Of a stretch of DNA of 36,302 nucleotides, positions 8,749-16,353 are shown piece by piece. The position numbers and the translations under genes are program-made. Origin of the DNA: a virus. The stretch lies in the UHGV virus genome UHGV-0197770; one strand, 5' to 3'. How positions within the stretch are numbered: the first letter of the stretch is position 1; each line of letters begins with the position of its first letter. Under the pieces are notes generated by a model. That model was not told the DNA's origin. It saw nothing but the letters and a program-made list of their open reading frames with translations, and did not search any database.

Positions 8749-9660
8749 TTATGCCTCCAGCCCGTTAATCTGTGGCGTCGGCTCAGTCAGCCATGAAGGC
8801 GCGACATCGCCTGTTGGCTCGTCCGGCAGGTCAAATGTGGAGCGCAGGCTACGCGCTGTGCTTTCCAGTTGACAGACCAGACCTGCCATGAAGTCTCTGG
8901 GGGTATCAATCATGTTTTCAGCACAATATGCGCACAGTGTCTCAAAAGCGCTGGACAGTCGAACGGCGATGGCAGATTCCGCCTCAACCGCTAATGCTGT
9001 CACTTCCGCCCGCAGCTTCTTAACCTCCTCATCAGGCTCAGGCAGCTGAATACGGGATTTCTTTTCCAGTCTGGTAGAGAGAGAATCAATTTTTTCATTT
9101 TTATCGGCGAGTACGCGCTGTTGTGCTGCGTTGGTTTCGCGCGCTTCGCGCAGGGCCTGGCGAAGTTCGCGTACTGACATGCGATCAACGTCGTCAAGCG
9201 TCAGGCCGGCAACTGTGCCGCCGTCGGCCAGTTCGGCAAGCTCTTCGTCGTCTTCTGTCATTAATTCGAAAAGTTTGGCTTTTCCCAAATGTGCCAACGT
9301 TGGCACATTTGGTTTCAGCGCCGGGGATAAGTATTTTGTCGATGCTTGCATCATTCTCACAGATGTCCGGTATGCCAGCCCCAACTCACTTTCAAGAATC
9401 TTTATAAACTCCCCGTGTGGTTCATTTTCCTTAAGGATTATCAGCCGCTTACCTGCCTCCAGCATGGCCTCAGCGCTCTGTGCCATATAAAAGCGTGCCT
9501 CATGGACAACACGATCGCGCTCATAAGGCAGACCATCGCCGAACTGTTGCATGATTTCCATGCGATGCTGTGTCATGGCGTTTAGACTGACATTGAGATC
9601 ATCCGACAGCGGTACCTCGACGTTCAGTTCAGTGCTAACCGGTGATTTGGTGCGTCCCAT
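8749..9660 (-). CDS. Hypothetical early protein (303 aa), acidic coiled-coil rich
   Basis: AAGGAG RBS 6 nt upstream; between regulators and transposase; no family recognised. Confidence 0.5.
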   Translation of the reverse strand: MGRTKSPVSTELNVEVPLSDDLNVSLNAMTQHRMEIMQQFGDGLPYERDRVVHEARFYMAQSAEAMLEAGKRLIILKENEPHGEFIKILESELGLAYRTSVRMMQASTKYLSPALKPNVPTLAHLGKAKLFELMTEDDEELAELADGGTVAGLTLDDVDRMSVRELRQALREARETNAAQQRVLADKNEKIDSLSTRLEKKSRIQLPEPDEEVKKLRAEVTALAVEAESAIAVRLSSAFETLCAYCAENMIDTPRDFMAGLVCQLESTARSLRSTFDLPDEPTGDVAPSWLTEPTPQINGLEA

Positions 9661-9670
9661 TGATTACTCC

Positions 9671-9979
9671 TTACAAACGACTACCTGAAATAACACGTTG
9701 GTTGATTTCGTTAATGCGATCCTGTGCACGTGCCATCTCGTTACTGTGGGCCATGGCGATCTGCAGCAACTGGATGCCTGGTGCGAAACGCCCGTTTTCT
9801 AGTTTCAGAGCCAACCCTTCTTCAATGAGCGTGTTAAGTGCCCGGTTGATGTTTGCCGGTGATTCGTGCAGTGCAACCGCTAGTTCCCCGTTAGAAACAC
9901 CGTTCAAAGCGTGGCCACGTAAGGCCTTAAGAACGCGCAAAATACGGATACCTGAGCTTGATGTATTTGGTTTATTCAT
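9671..9979 (-). CDS. Winged-helix DNA-binding regulator (102 aa)
   Basis: ILRVLKALRGHALNGVSNGELAVALHESPANINRALNTLIEEGLA looks like a wHTH; AAGGAGG RBS; ATGA coupling with Ner-like gene. Confidence 0.5.
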   Translation of the reverse strand: MNKPNTSSSGIRILRVLKALRGHALNGVSNGELAVALHESPANINRALNTLIEEGLALKLENGRFAPGIQLLQIAMAHSNEMARAQDRINEINQRVISGSRL

Positions 9980-10200
9980 GACGCCTCCTTAAGGATACCG
10001 GGGGTAACTTCTTTACCTATTGCAACCGATAGATCTCGCAAAATCCGATAAGTCAAACGACCGCGAGGTAGTTCACTTTTACCAGCCCAGCGACTGACTG
10101 CCTGGGTGACTGTTCGTGGTTCATAGCCCGCGTTAAGCGCGAACTGGCGCAAGCTACTGCCTCGTTCAACCAGCCGTGCCCGAACTTGTTGTTTGTTCAT
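9976..10200 (-). CDS. Ner-like DNA-binding protein (first gene of early operon)
   Basis: 74 aa from ATG (GTG 6 nt upstream also possible); HTH LRQFALNAGYEPRTVTQAVSR resembles the Mu Ner family; divergent from repressor. Confidence 0.55.
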   Translation of the reverse strand: MNKQQVRARLVERGSSLRQFALNAGYEPRTVTQAVSRWAGKSELPRGRLTYRILRDLSVAIGKEVTPGILKEAS

Positions 10201-10288
10201 ATGCACCGTGTTCCTGTTAGGTTATGATGTACTCTATTGGGTCTATTGTACACACCCAAATGAGTGTGTCAAATTGAGATATGTTCAA
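10201..10288. promoter_or_regulatory. Divergent promoter/operator region between early operon and repressor gene
   Basis: Inverted repeats TGTAC-N15-GTACA (10228-10252, containing tandem TCTATTG half-sites) and CACAC-N8-GTGTG (10251-10268). Confidence 0.5.
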
Positions 10289-10696
10289 ATGAGTACAAAA
10301 GAGAGATTGCGTGAAGTGATGGATGCTAATGGCATGACAATAAAGGCATTATCTGACTTATCAAAAATTCCATATCGCTCACTTCAAAACTATTTGCGTG
10401 GAGAGAGAGAACCAAACGCAGAGGCTCTTGTTGCGCTAAGTACCCATTTGGGTGTATCAATCGATTGGCTACTTACCGGTAAAGAACATATTCCATCTAA
10501 AGAAATTGTTGCTGTACCAACACAACATCAATTCAGCCCGTCAGACCTTAAAATGCTTGAACTTCTAAACCAGTTAGATCCTGAGGTTCGGCGAGATCTC
10601 ATGCGAGGCGCTGAAGAAAAACAGCGTGTGATTGAGATGGAAAAACAACTGAAGGAATTATCCGCAACGATTGAGCGGTTAAAAAATGTGGGTTAA
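10289..10696 (+). CDS. XRE-family HTH repressor (phage c-repressor candidate) with C-terminal coiled coil
   Basis: ATG at 10289 preferred over upstream TTG; HTH LSDLSKIPYRSLQNYLRGEREPNAEALVALSTHLGVSIDWLLTGK; divergent from early operon. Confidence 0.65.
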   Translation: MSTKERLREVMDANGMTIKALSDLSKIPYRSLQNYLRGEREPNAEALVALSTHLGVSIDWLLTGKEHIPSKEIVAVPTQHQFSPSDLKMLELLNQLDPEVRRDLMRGAEEKQRVIEMEKQLKELSATIERLKNVG

Positions 10697-10766
10697 TGTG
10701 TTCCTAACGAGAACATATAGCAGAAATTATTTGCCATTAAGCAATAAAAAATAAGGTGGATAGCCA

Positions 10767-11774
10767 ATGTCTGAGCAGACCATTGAAGTTAAACACGTTG
10801 TAGTTCACATTTTAGACAAACAACAAAATGGAGACGCTTCTGAGAGATTGAGTCCTGAAGAAGGTCTAGTTACTGAAGCCTCTCAGCGCCTTATAAACGA
10901 TATTTGTGCAAAATATGCAGGACGCACAGGTAAAGGTTATGGCTATTTTGAAGGCGATACGGATAACTATCCTATGGAACGAATGGCTGGGGACTTTCTC
11001 GAAGGTGTTGATGATTTCTACCAAAGTTCCTGCCGAATGATGCATCACCTGACGGAACGTTCTCAGCGAGAAAACATGGCTACTGGTGGTTATGTTCTTT
11101 TTGCAAATATCGTGATAGGACACAATGAACACCTGTTGATAGCTATTGTAAGCGCTACCATTGGGTCCACTGTCACAGATGATTTTAACATCCAAGATAG
11201 TACCTATCTTGATATTGCTAAGCTGCGTATGGCTGGGCGCATTGACTTAACCGCGTGGGAAAGTGGCGCAGAGCGCTATATCAGTTTTCTTAAGGGGCAA
11301 GGTAATGTTTCAAACTATTTTAAACAGTTCCTAGGCTGTAATGATGTCTTAATCGCCAAACGAGAGTCTGAAAAGTTACGTGACGTTTTAAAAGCATTTG
11401 CGGCAGAGAAAGGACTTGACGGCGCTGAAAAAGATGCATTTCTTAAGAGTGCGTTTGAACACTTACATGCACTAAGTAAGGCTGGTGAACCACTTAGTCT
11501 TGAAACCCTTGTTAATGCCATTTGGCCCCAGGCTCCCGAGGAGTTATCTGGTAAACTTGCTGCTGAAGAGTTGGAGTTATCGGATGGCTTCGTTCCTGAT
11601 GGTCGAGTCATTCGGGCTCTGGTATCTTTTAAAGGCAAGTCTAAATATTGGGAACTTAAGTTTGACCGGGAAGGGAAAACTGAAGGCTATATTGATTATG
11701 ATCCGGAAACAAATATTATCACCCTACGTAATGTACCTGAAGAATTTAGGGAAATGTGGATGACTGAGGTTTAA
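10767..11774 (+). CDS. NdpA/YejK-family nucleoid-associated-protein homologue (phage-borne paralogue); candidate sensor of a two-gene defence cassette
   Basis: 335 aa (same length as E. coli YejK); blocks GGYVLFANIV..HLLIAIV, YLDIAKLRMAGRIDLTAWESG..ERYISFLKG...FLG and C-terminal NIITLRNVPEEFRE align to my recollection of YejK; AAGGTGGA RBS; AT-rich. Confidence 0.6.
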   Translation: MSEQTIEVKHVVVHILDKQQNGDASERLSPEEGLVTEASQRLINDICAKYAGRTGKGYGYFEGDTDNYPMERMAGDFLEGVDDFYQSSCRMMHHLTERSQRENMATGGYVLFANIVIGHNEHLLIAIVSATIGSTVTDDFNIQDSTYLDIAKLRMAGRIDLTAWESGAERYISFLKGQGNVSNYFKQFLGCNDVLIAKRESEKLRDVLKAFAAEKGLDGAEKDAFLKSAFEHLHALSKAGEPLSLETLVNAIWPQAPEELSGKLAAEELELSDGFVPDGRVIRALVSFKGKSKYWELKFDREGKTEGYIDYDPETNIITLRNVPEEFREMWMTEV

Positions 11775-11776
11775 TC

Positions 11777-12982
11777 GTGGCGATTTCATTTGAGATGCTG
11801 ACAGCTCTGTATCGTCGTATGGAATTCCAAGAGGGGTTTCGTGTCGGTTCGCTGTTGCTCTTAGATCAGTCCGATTGTGATCTGGTTGATACTTTGCTTG
11901 ATGATCCTCGTGAATATGGTCTTTCTATTGATACAGGCACTATCGCTCCAGGTAACACGATCATCCTACGTGTGACGTCACCACGGAGTGGACTGGGACT
12001 TGTGTTTTCCACCCATGAAAAATTGCTAAATGCTCCAAAGCATCAGTGCCTTGAGCCAGCTAATTACTTCATCCTAGAAACAAAATTTCGTAATGATGAT
12101 GAAGATATCCCCGTTTTCATCAGCAACTACCGGAAGATTCTCGAGTTCGTTAACCTGCTAAAAGAGGCCGCGGCCTACTTTGATAACTCAACTTGTCAGT
12201 TAGTTTTTCTGAAAAAAGAAGTTATCAAGCTATTACCGCACTTCGCTGCAGAAAATGTACAAAATTTGCAAAGGGAGTATCTTGATAACCTTATAGCTTG
12301 TTTCAATGATGATACCCATAAGGATCAGAAGCTAGATATTCTGATTGAAAGTATTCAAGCAGTTAGTGATGGAATTGATTCACCTCTAGTATTCGCTTAT
12401 TTACTGGACAATATTCAGCGTCTGCATGAAAAGTTTCTGAAAGGGTATCGTATCTACTCTTCTGGATTCTCTTATGACAAAGTAATGGATCAACTGCGTG
12501 CTGCAAAAGTCGAAGAAATGGGTAAAATCCACAAAGCGTTTTCAGATATCCAGAACCATATACTTGGCATTCCTGTTGCCTCTGTTATCGTAGCTACCCA
12601 ATTCAAAGTGGCTACGAAATGGTCAGGCCAAGGGATAACAAACACAATAATTCTTCTGGGATGCATTTTTGCTGCAACGTTAATCTGGCTGGCACTTTCG
12701 AACCAGATGCAATCTATAAAGGCCTTAGGCGAAGAAATTGAATACAAAGAAAAACAGATTAATAAGGAATATTCCTTCATTAAAGATGACGTGGCTGGTG
12801 TATTTAGCAGTATTTCTGCGCGACTAGACACGCAGAAACGTACGTTCTGGATTATACGTGGTGTTCTAGTTATGGGAATTATTACCGCTATCACTGTTTA
12901 TTTTTGGTACACAAAACCAGCCCTTGACTTCATGCAGTACTTGATTCACTGCATGAAGTCTTACTATTCGGTCAAAAGTTGA
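11777..12982 (+). CDS. Protein with ~270-aa soluble N-terminal domain and two C-terminal TM helices; candidate membrane effector
   Basis: GTG start 2 nt after upstream stop with GAGG RBS (coupled); hydrophobic helices ITNTIILLGCIFAATLIWLAL and FWIIRGVLVMGIITAITVYFWY; no family recognised. Confidence 0.55.
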   Translation: MAISFEMLTALYRRMEFQEGFRVGSLLLLDQSDCDLVDTLLDDPREYGLSIDTGTIAPGNTIILRVTSPRSGLGLVFSTHEKLLNAPKHQCLEPANYFILETKFRNDDEDIPVFISNYRKILEFVNLLKEAAAYFDNSTCQLVFLKKEVIKLLPHFAAENVQNLQREYLDNLIACFNDDTHKDQKLDILIESIQAVSDGIDSPLVFAYLLDNIQRLHEKFLKGYRIYSSGFSYDKVMDQLRAAKVEEMGKIHKAFSDIQNHILGIPVASVIVATQFKVATKWSGQGITNTIILLGCIFAATLIWLALSNQMQSIKALGEEIEYKEKQINKEYSFIKDDVAGVFSSISARLDTQKRTFWIIRGVLVMGIITAITVYFWYTKPALDFMQYLIHCMKSYYSVKS

Positions 12983-13742
12983 GGATAATGAGTTCCTTCT
13001 TGCGACTGGATTTGCCAGTGATCTTGAGGTTGTAGCTGATATCAACCGACTGAATATTTAGACCGTTGAATGCCTGCCGCATTTCCGGGATATCGTTCAC
13101 CGATATAATCATCTTCCCTTTGATCCTGCGTGCTAAATCTGCCATATGATCATAATTTTCTAGTCCGAACTCCACACCATAACCTTCCGTTCCCCAGTAT
13201 GGAGGGTCACAGTAGAACAACGTATGCGGGCGATCATATCGTTCTATGCACTGTTGCCAGTCCATGTGTTCTATGACCGTTCTGGAAAGCCGCAGGTGTG
13301 CCGCTGACAGTTCTTCTTCAATACGCAGCAGGTTGAAGCGTGGCGGGGATATGGTGGAGGTACCAAAGCTGTGCTCCGCCACCTTGCCCCCAAACGCCTG
13401 CTTCTGAAGGTAGTAGAACCGTGCTGCACGCTGGATATCCGTCAGTGTTTCTTCCGGGGTGATCTGCAGCCATTTGTAGATCTGCCGGCTGACCAGCGCC
13501 CATTTGAACTGGCGTACAAATTCTTCCAGATGATGTTTTACCACCCGATACAGGTTCACCAGCTCACCGTTGATATCATTAATGACTTCGATCTTGCCGG
13601 GTACCTTAAGAAAATAGAGCGCTGCTGCCCCACAAAACGGCTCCACATAACATTCATGCGCCGGAAACAGCGGCAGGATGTGTTTTGCAAGGCGGCGTTT
13701 GCCACCAATCCATGGAACGATGGGTAATGTCTGCATTTTCAT
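12972..13742 (-). CDS. Dam-family N6-adenine DNA methyltransferase (orphan)
   Basis: WIGGKRRL, EPFCGAAALYF and DPPY motifs parallel E. coli Dam; no adjacent restriction endonuclease; 3-prime end overlaps the convergent upstream gene by 11 nt. Confidence 0.8.
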   Translation of the reverse strand: MKMQTLPIVPWIGGKRRLAKHILPLFPAHECYVEPFCGAAALYFLKVPGKIEVINDINGELVNLYRVVKHHLEEFVRQFKWALVSRQIYKWLQITPEETLTDIQRAARFYYLQKQAFGGKVAEHSFGTSTISPPRFNLLRIEEELSAAHLRLSRTVIEHMDWQQCIERYDRPHTLFYCDPPYWGTEGYGVEFGLENYDHMADLARRIKGKMIISVNDIPEMRQAFNGLNIQSVDISYNLKITGKSSRKKELIILNF

Positions 13743-13924
13743 AATCTGTAAGCCTTTTACAATTATAAAAAATATGGCAGGCTAGTCTGGTCTCGCGAGA
13801 CTGACTGAACCTTGGTCGGCTCACAGCGCATTCCTGTGGGGCGATGGCCAGCCCGGTGTTCGGGTACCGGGCTGGTCGTTCTTTCAAAGCCATCATGCAG
13901 TGCACGTTTACATCTTCACTATTA

Positions 13925-13945
13925 ACGCTGTTTAAAATCCGTATC
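13925..13945 (+). promoter_or_regulatory. Candidate late promoter (copy 1 of a shared TTTAA(A/T)ATC motif) upstream of lysis/head operon
   Basis: TTTAAAATCCGTATCCCG about 50 nt upstream of the first late gene; related motif recurs at 21124, 27041 and 33341. Confidence 0.4.
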
Positions 13946-13989
13946 CCGCCACATTTGTGATGCTGTCTCCACCAAACGAGGAGACACAC

Positions 13990-14340
13990 ATGAAAAACCT
14001 GAAAAAATTCATTCCCCCTGTTAAAAAACCTCGCCTCAGCGGCTGGCTGCTGACCTCAGTGCTGTTGCTGGGCATCATCGCTCTGGTCTCGCCACAGCAG
14101 TTGCCTGTTGTGATCTACAAGCTGGCACTCATCACGCTGGCAGCAGTGCTGGGGTACTGGCTTGACCGTTCGCTCTTCCCCAAAGCCCGTCCCGGTCAGT
14201 ACCTGAAACATGAAGACAGGCTGATGGCTGAAGGGCGTTTCCCTGTGCAGACCGGCCTTCACCTTGTATTTTCTGCTGCGTTAATCCGCCGTGCACTGAT
14301 TGTTGCAGCTGTCTGTCTGGCTGTTGCGATGGGGCTTTAA
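13990..14340 (+). CDS. Membrane protein, 3 predicted TM helices; holin candidate
   Basis: Start at MKNLKKF with GAGGAG 6 nt upstream; first gene of lysis cassette directly before endolysin. Confidence 0.45.
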   Translation: MKNLKKFIPPVKKPRLSGWLLTSVLLLGIIALVSPQQLPVVIYKLALITLAAVLGYWLDRSLFPKARPGQYLKHEDRLMAEGRFPVQTGLHLVFSAALIRRALIVAAVCLAVAMGL

Positions 14341-14342
14341 TC

Positions 14343-15083
14343 ATGAACTGGCCGCAGATCACCTGGATTGTATGCATGTCCCTGAAACTGGCTTTCGAAG
14401 CCTTTCGGGTCTTCATCAGAACCGAACGCCTGTCAGTCCGCGCCGGGACCTTTCTGGTTCATATGGCATGGGTATTCTTTGTCGCAATGTTGCTCTGGTG
14501 TGGCGGCTTTTTCAGCCAGGCATGCGCAGCGCAGCCTCCGCAGGTTGCGCTGCAGTATCGCGATGATGTGATCCGTAATGCCCGGCTTGAATGGGGACTG
14601 TCTGCGCCGGTGGCCGACTTCGCCGCGCAGCTGCATCAGGAAAGCGGCTGGCGACCTGATGCGGTCTCGCCGGCTGGCGCTCAGGGACTGGCGCAGTTTA
14701 TGCCCACCACCGCTGACTGGATAAGTCAGCTGATGCCGGGGCTTAACAGCCGTGAACCGTTTAATCCGGCGTGGGCCATCCGGGCGCTGGTCAGCTATGA
14801 CCGCTGGCTGTGGCAACGCGTCAGCGCCGCCAGTGACTGCGAGCGTATGGCCATGACGCTGTCAGGCTATAACGGTGGTCTGGGCTGGGTACAGCGGGAC
14901 AAACGGCTGGCCTCGCAGCAGGGGCTGGACAGCACCCGCTGGTTCGGACATGTCGCCACGGTGAATGCCGGACGCAATGCGGCCAGCTGGCGGGAGAACC
15001 GCCATTATCCGCAGCGCATCCTGCGCGAACTGGCACCGCGATATCTCACATGGGGAGGCAGCAGTTGTGTGGCATCTGGTTAA
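14343..15083 (+). CDS. Endolysin, SLT-domain lytic transglycosylase with N-terminal signal/SAR-like hydrophobic segment
   Basis: ESGWRPDAVSPAGAQGLAQFMPTTA and GYNGG motifs of the SLT family; hydrophobic MAWVFFVAMLLWCGGFF near N-terminus (alternative start at 14463). Confidence 0.7.
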   Translation: MNWPQITWIVCMSLKLAFEAFRVFIRTERLSVRAGTFLVHMAWVFFVAMLLWCGGFFSQACAAQPPQVALQYRDDVIRNARLEWGLSAPVADFAAQLHQESGWRPDAVSPAGAQGLAQFMPTTADWISQLMPGLNSREPFNPAWAIRALVSYDRWLWQRVSAASDCERMAMTLSGYNGGLGWVQRDKRLASQQGLDSTRWFGHVATVNAGRNAASWRENRHYPQRILRELAPRYLTWGGSSCVASG

Positions 15084-15717
15084 AAAGCTGCCGTGGCGCG
15101 GCATTCTGCTGGCCATTCTTATCAATGCCTTTCTGGTCGGCCTGTATGCCATGGGATACAGAAGTGGTCATGACTCTGCAAAGCGTGACGGTGATACCGC
15201 GCTCAGTCAGTTGCAGTCAGCGTTCGACACGTACAAAACGGAGCAGGCAACGCTTGAGAATGCTGCGCTGCGGGCCTGGGCCAGACGGTATCAGGAGCAG
15301 GTGGCCGCCGGGCAGCGGGCTGAAGCCGGTTATCTTGAGCAGATTGCTCAACTGGAGAGCCGGAATAAACAACTACAGGGGCAAATTAACGATGTCACAC
15401 AGCGCTGGATTGATGAAAAAGGTAAGAGCCATCCCATTGAGTGCGTGTTTACTCGCGGTTTCGTGCGCCAGTACAACGCCGCACTCGGATATGACAACGC
15501 ATCCGTCGACACCGGTCATTCAGACTCAGTTGCCGCCGCTGGCACCCGCTCTGGCACAGCGACCGGGCAACCTGAAACCACTGACACCCGGTTACGCGAT
15601 TCGGGTGTCTCCCAGCGTGACGTTCTCGCCAACATCATCGACAACGCAGGACAATGTCGTCGCTGGCGGAACCAGATAAACGCGTTACTGGATGAACGGG
15701 AAGGATTACAGAAATGA
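15067..15717 (+). CDS. Rz-like inner-membrane spanin (i-spanin)
   Basis: GTG start with GGGGAGG 8 nt upstream; N-terminal TM WRGILLAILINAFLVGLYAMGY then coiled coil; follows endolysin. Confidence 0.55.
   Translation: MWHLVKKLPWRGILLAILINAFLVGLYAMGYRSGHDSAKRDGDTALSQLQSAFDTYKTEQATLENAALRAWARRYQEQVAAGQRAEAGYLEQIAQLESRNKQLQGQINDVTQRWIDEKGKSHPIECVFTRGFVRQYNAALGYDNASVDTGHSDSVAAAGTRSGTATGQPETTDTRLRDSGVSQRDVLANIIDNAGQCRRWRNQINALLDEREGLQK
15413..15679 (+). CDS. Rz1-like outer-membrane lipoprotein spanin (o-spanin), embedded in +1 frame of the Rz-like gene
   Basis: 88 aa; lipoprotein-type signal MKKVRAIPLSACLLAVSC then proline-rich mature region; entirely within i-spanin gene. Confidence 0.5.
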   Translation: MKKVRAIPLSACLLAVSCASTTPHSDMTTHPSTPVIQTQLPPLAPALAQRPGNLKPLTPGYAIRVSPSVTFSPTSSTTQDNVVAGGTR

Positions 15718-16040
15718 CACTGCAGGTTGAATTCTGGACGGTGGTGAGTTTTCTGCTCACCTTCATGGGGTTTGTGGGAGGGCTCGCCAAATGGTTGTTC
15801 AGTAAAACAGAAGAACGCCAGGCGGCACGATTCGCCTCCCTTGAACAGGCCCTGCAACAATCCGCCTCCAACTGGGGCGAGCTGGAAAAAGAATTTATGC
15901 GATTTAAAGCGGATTTACCGCTGAATTATGTCCGTCGAGAGGATTATATCCGTGGCCAGACAGTCATTGAGGCCAAACTGGACGCGCTTTATAACAAACT
16001 GGAAGTGGTACAGCAGTACCGCAATACCGGAGGTCAATAA
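15714..16040 (+). CDS. N-terminally anchored membrane protein with coiled coil; possible lysis accessory protein
   Basis: TM VVSFLLTFMGFVGGLAKWLF then coiled coil; between spanins and terminase genes. Confidence 0.4.
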   Translation: MTLQVEFWTVVSFLLTFMGFVGGLAKWLFSKTEERQAARFASLEQALQQSASNWGELEKEFMRFKADLPLNYVRREDYIRGQTVIEAKLDALYNKLEVVQQYRNTGGQ

Positions 16041-16351
16041 TGGTCGATATTACCCGGGTACGCCGCGAATCCCTGCGCTGGAGTCTGCTGGTTGCCCTGA
16101 ACAAAACCCGCCCTTACACCGCCAGCGAGACGTTGCTGCTGGACGTGTCCCGTGCCATCTACCCGGACACCACGCAACTGGAGCTGCGCCGGGAGCTTGA
16201 TTATCTGGCAGATCGCAAAATGGTGGAGCTGGAGAAGAGACCGTCCGGTGACTGGTTTGCCGATCTGAGTCGCCTTGGTGTGGATATTGTGGAATACACC
16301 GTGGAATGCGGCCCGGGTATTGCCCGCCCGGAAAAATACTGGAGTGAGTGA
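16040..16351 (+). CDS. Hypothetical protein (103 aa)
   Basis: Packed between lysis and terminase genes; no family recognised. Confidence 0.4.
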   Translation: MVDITRVRRESLRWSLLVALNKTRPYTASETLLLDVSRAIYPDTTQLELRRELDYLADRKMVELEKRPSGDWFADLSRLGVDIVEYTVECGPGIARPEKYWSE

Positions 16352-16353
16352 TT

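Noticed and set aside
8011-8796. 261-aa plus-strand ORF antisense to the transposase
   Set aside because: Completely within the transposase gene on the other strand; no RBS; translation lacks recognisable motifs.
10193-10288. Upstream TTG start for the repressor (ORF-track coordinate 10193)
   Set aside because: Would add a 32-residue hydrophobic leader and overlap the start of the divergent Ner-like gene; ATG at 10289 gives a canonical N-terminal HTH.
10767-11774. Gene 1 read as the host chromosomal yejK/ndpA
   Set aside because: It is embedded in prophage DNA between the repressor and phage genes, is AT-rich and strongly diverged from the host protein; it is a phage-borne paralogue, not the housekeeping gene.
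13957-13989. ATG at 13957 as start of the first lysis gene
   Set aside because: No RBS; the in-frame ATG at 13990 is preceded by GAGGAG at ideal spacing.
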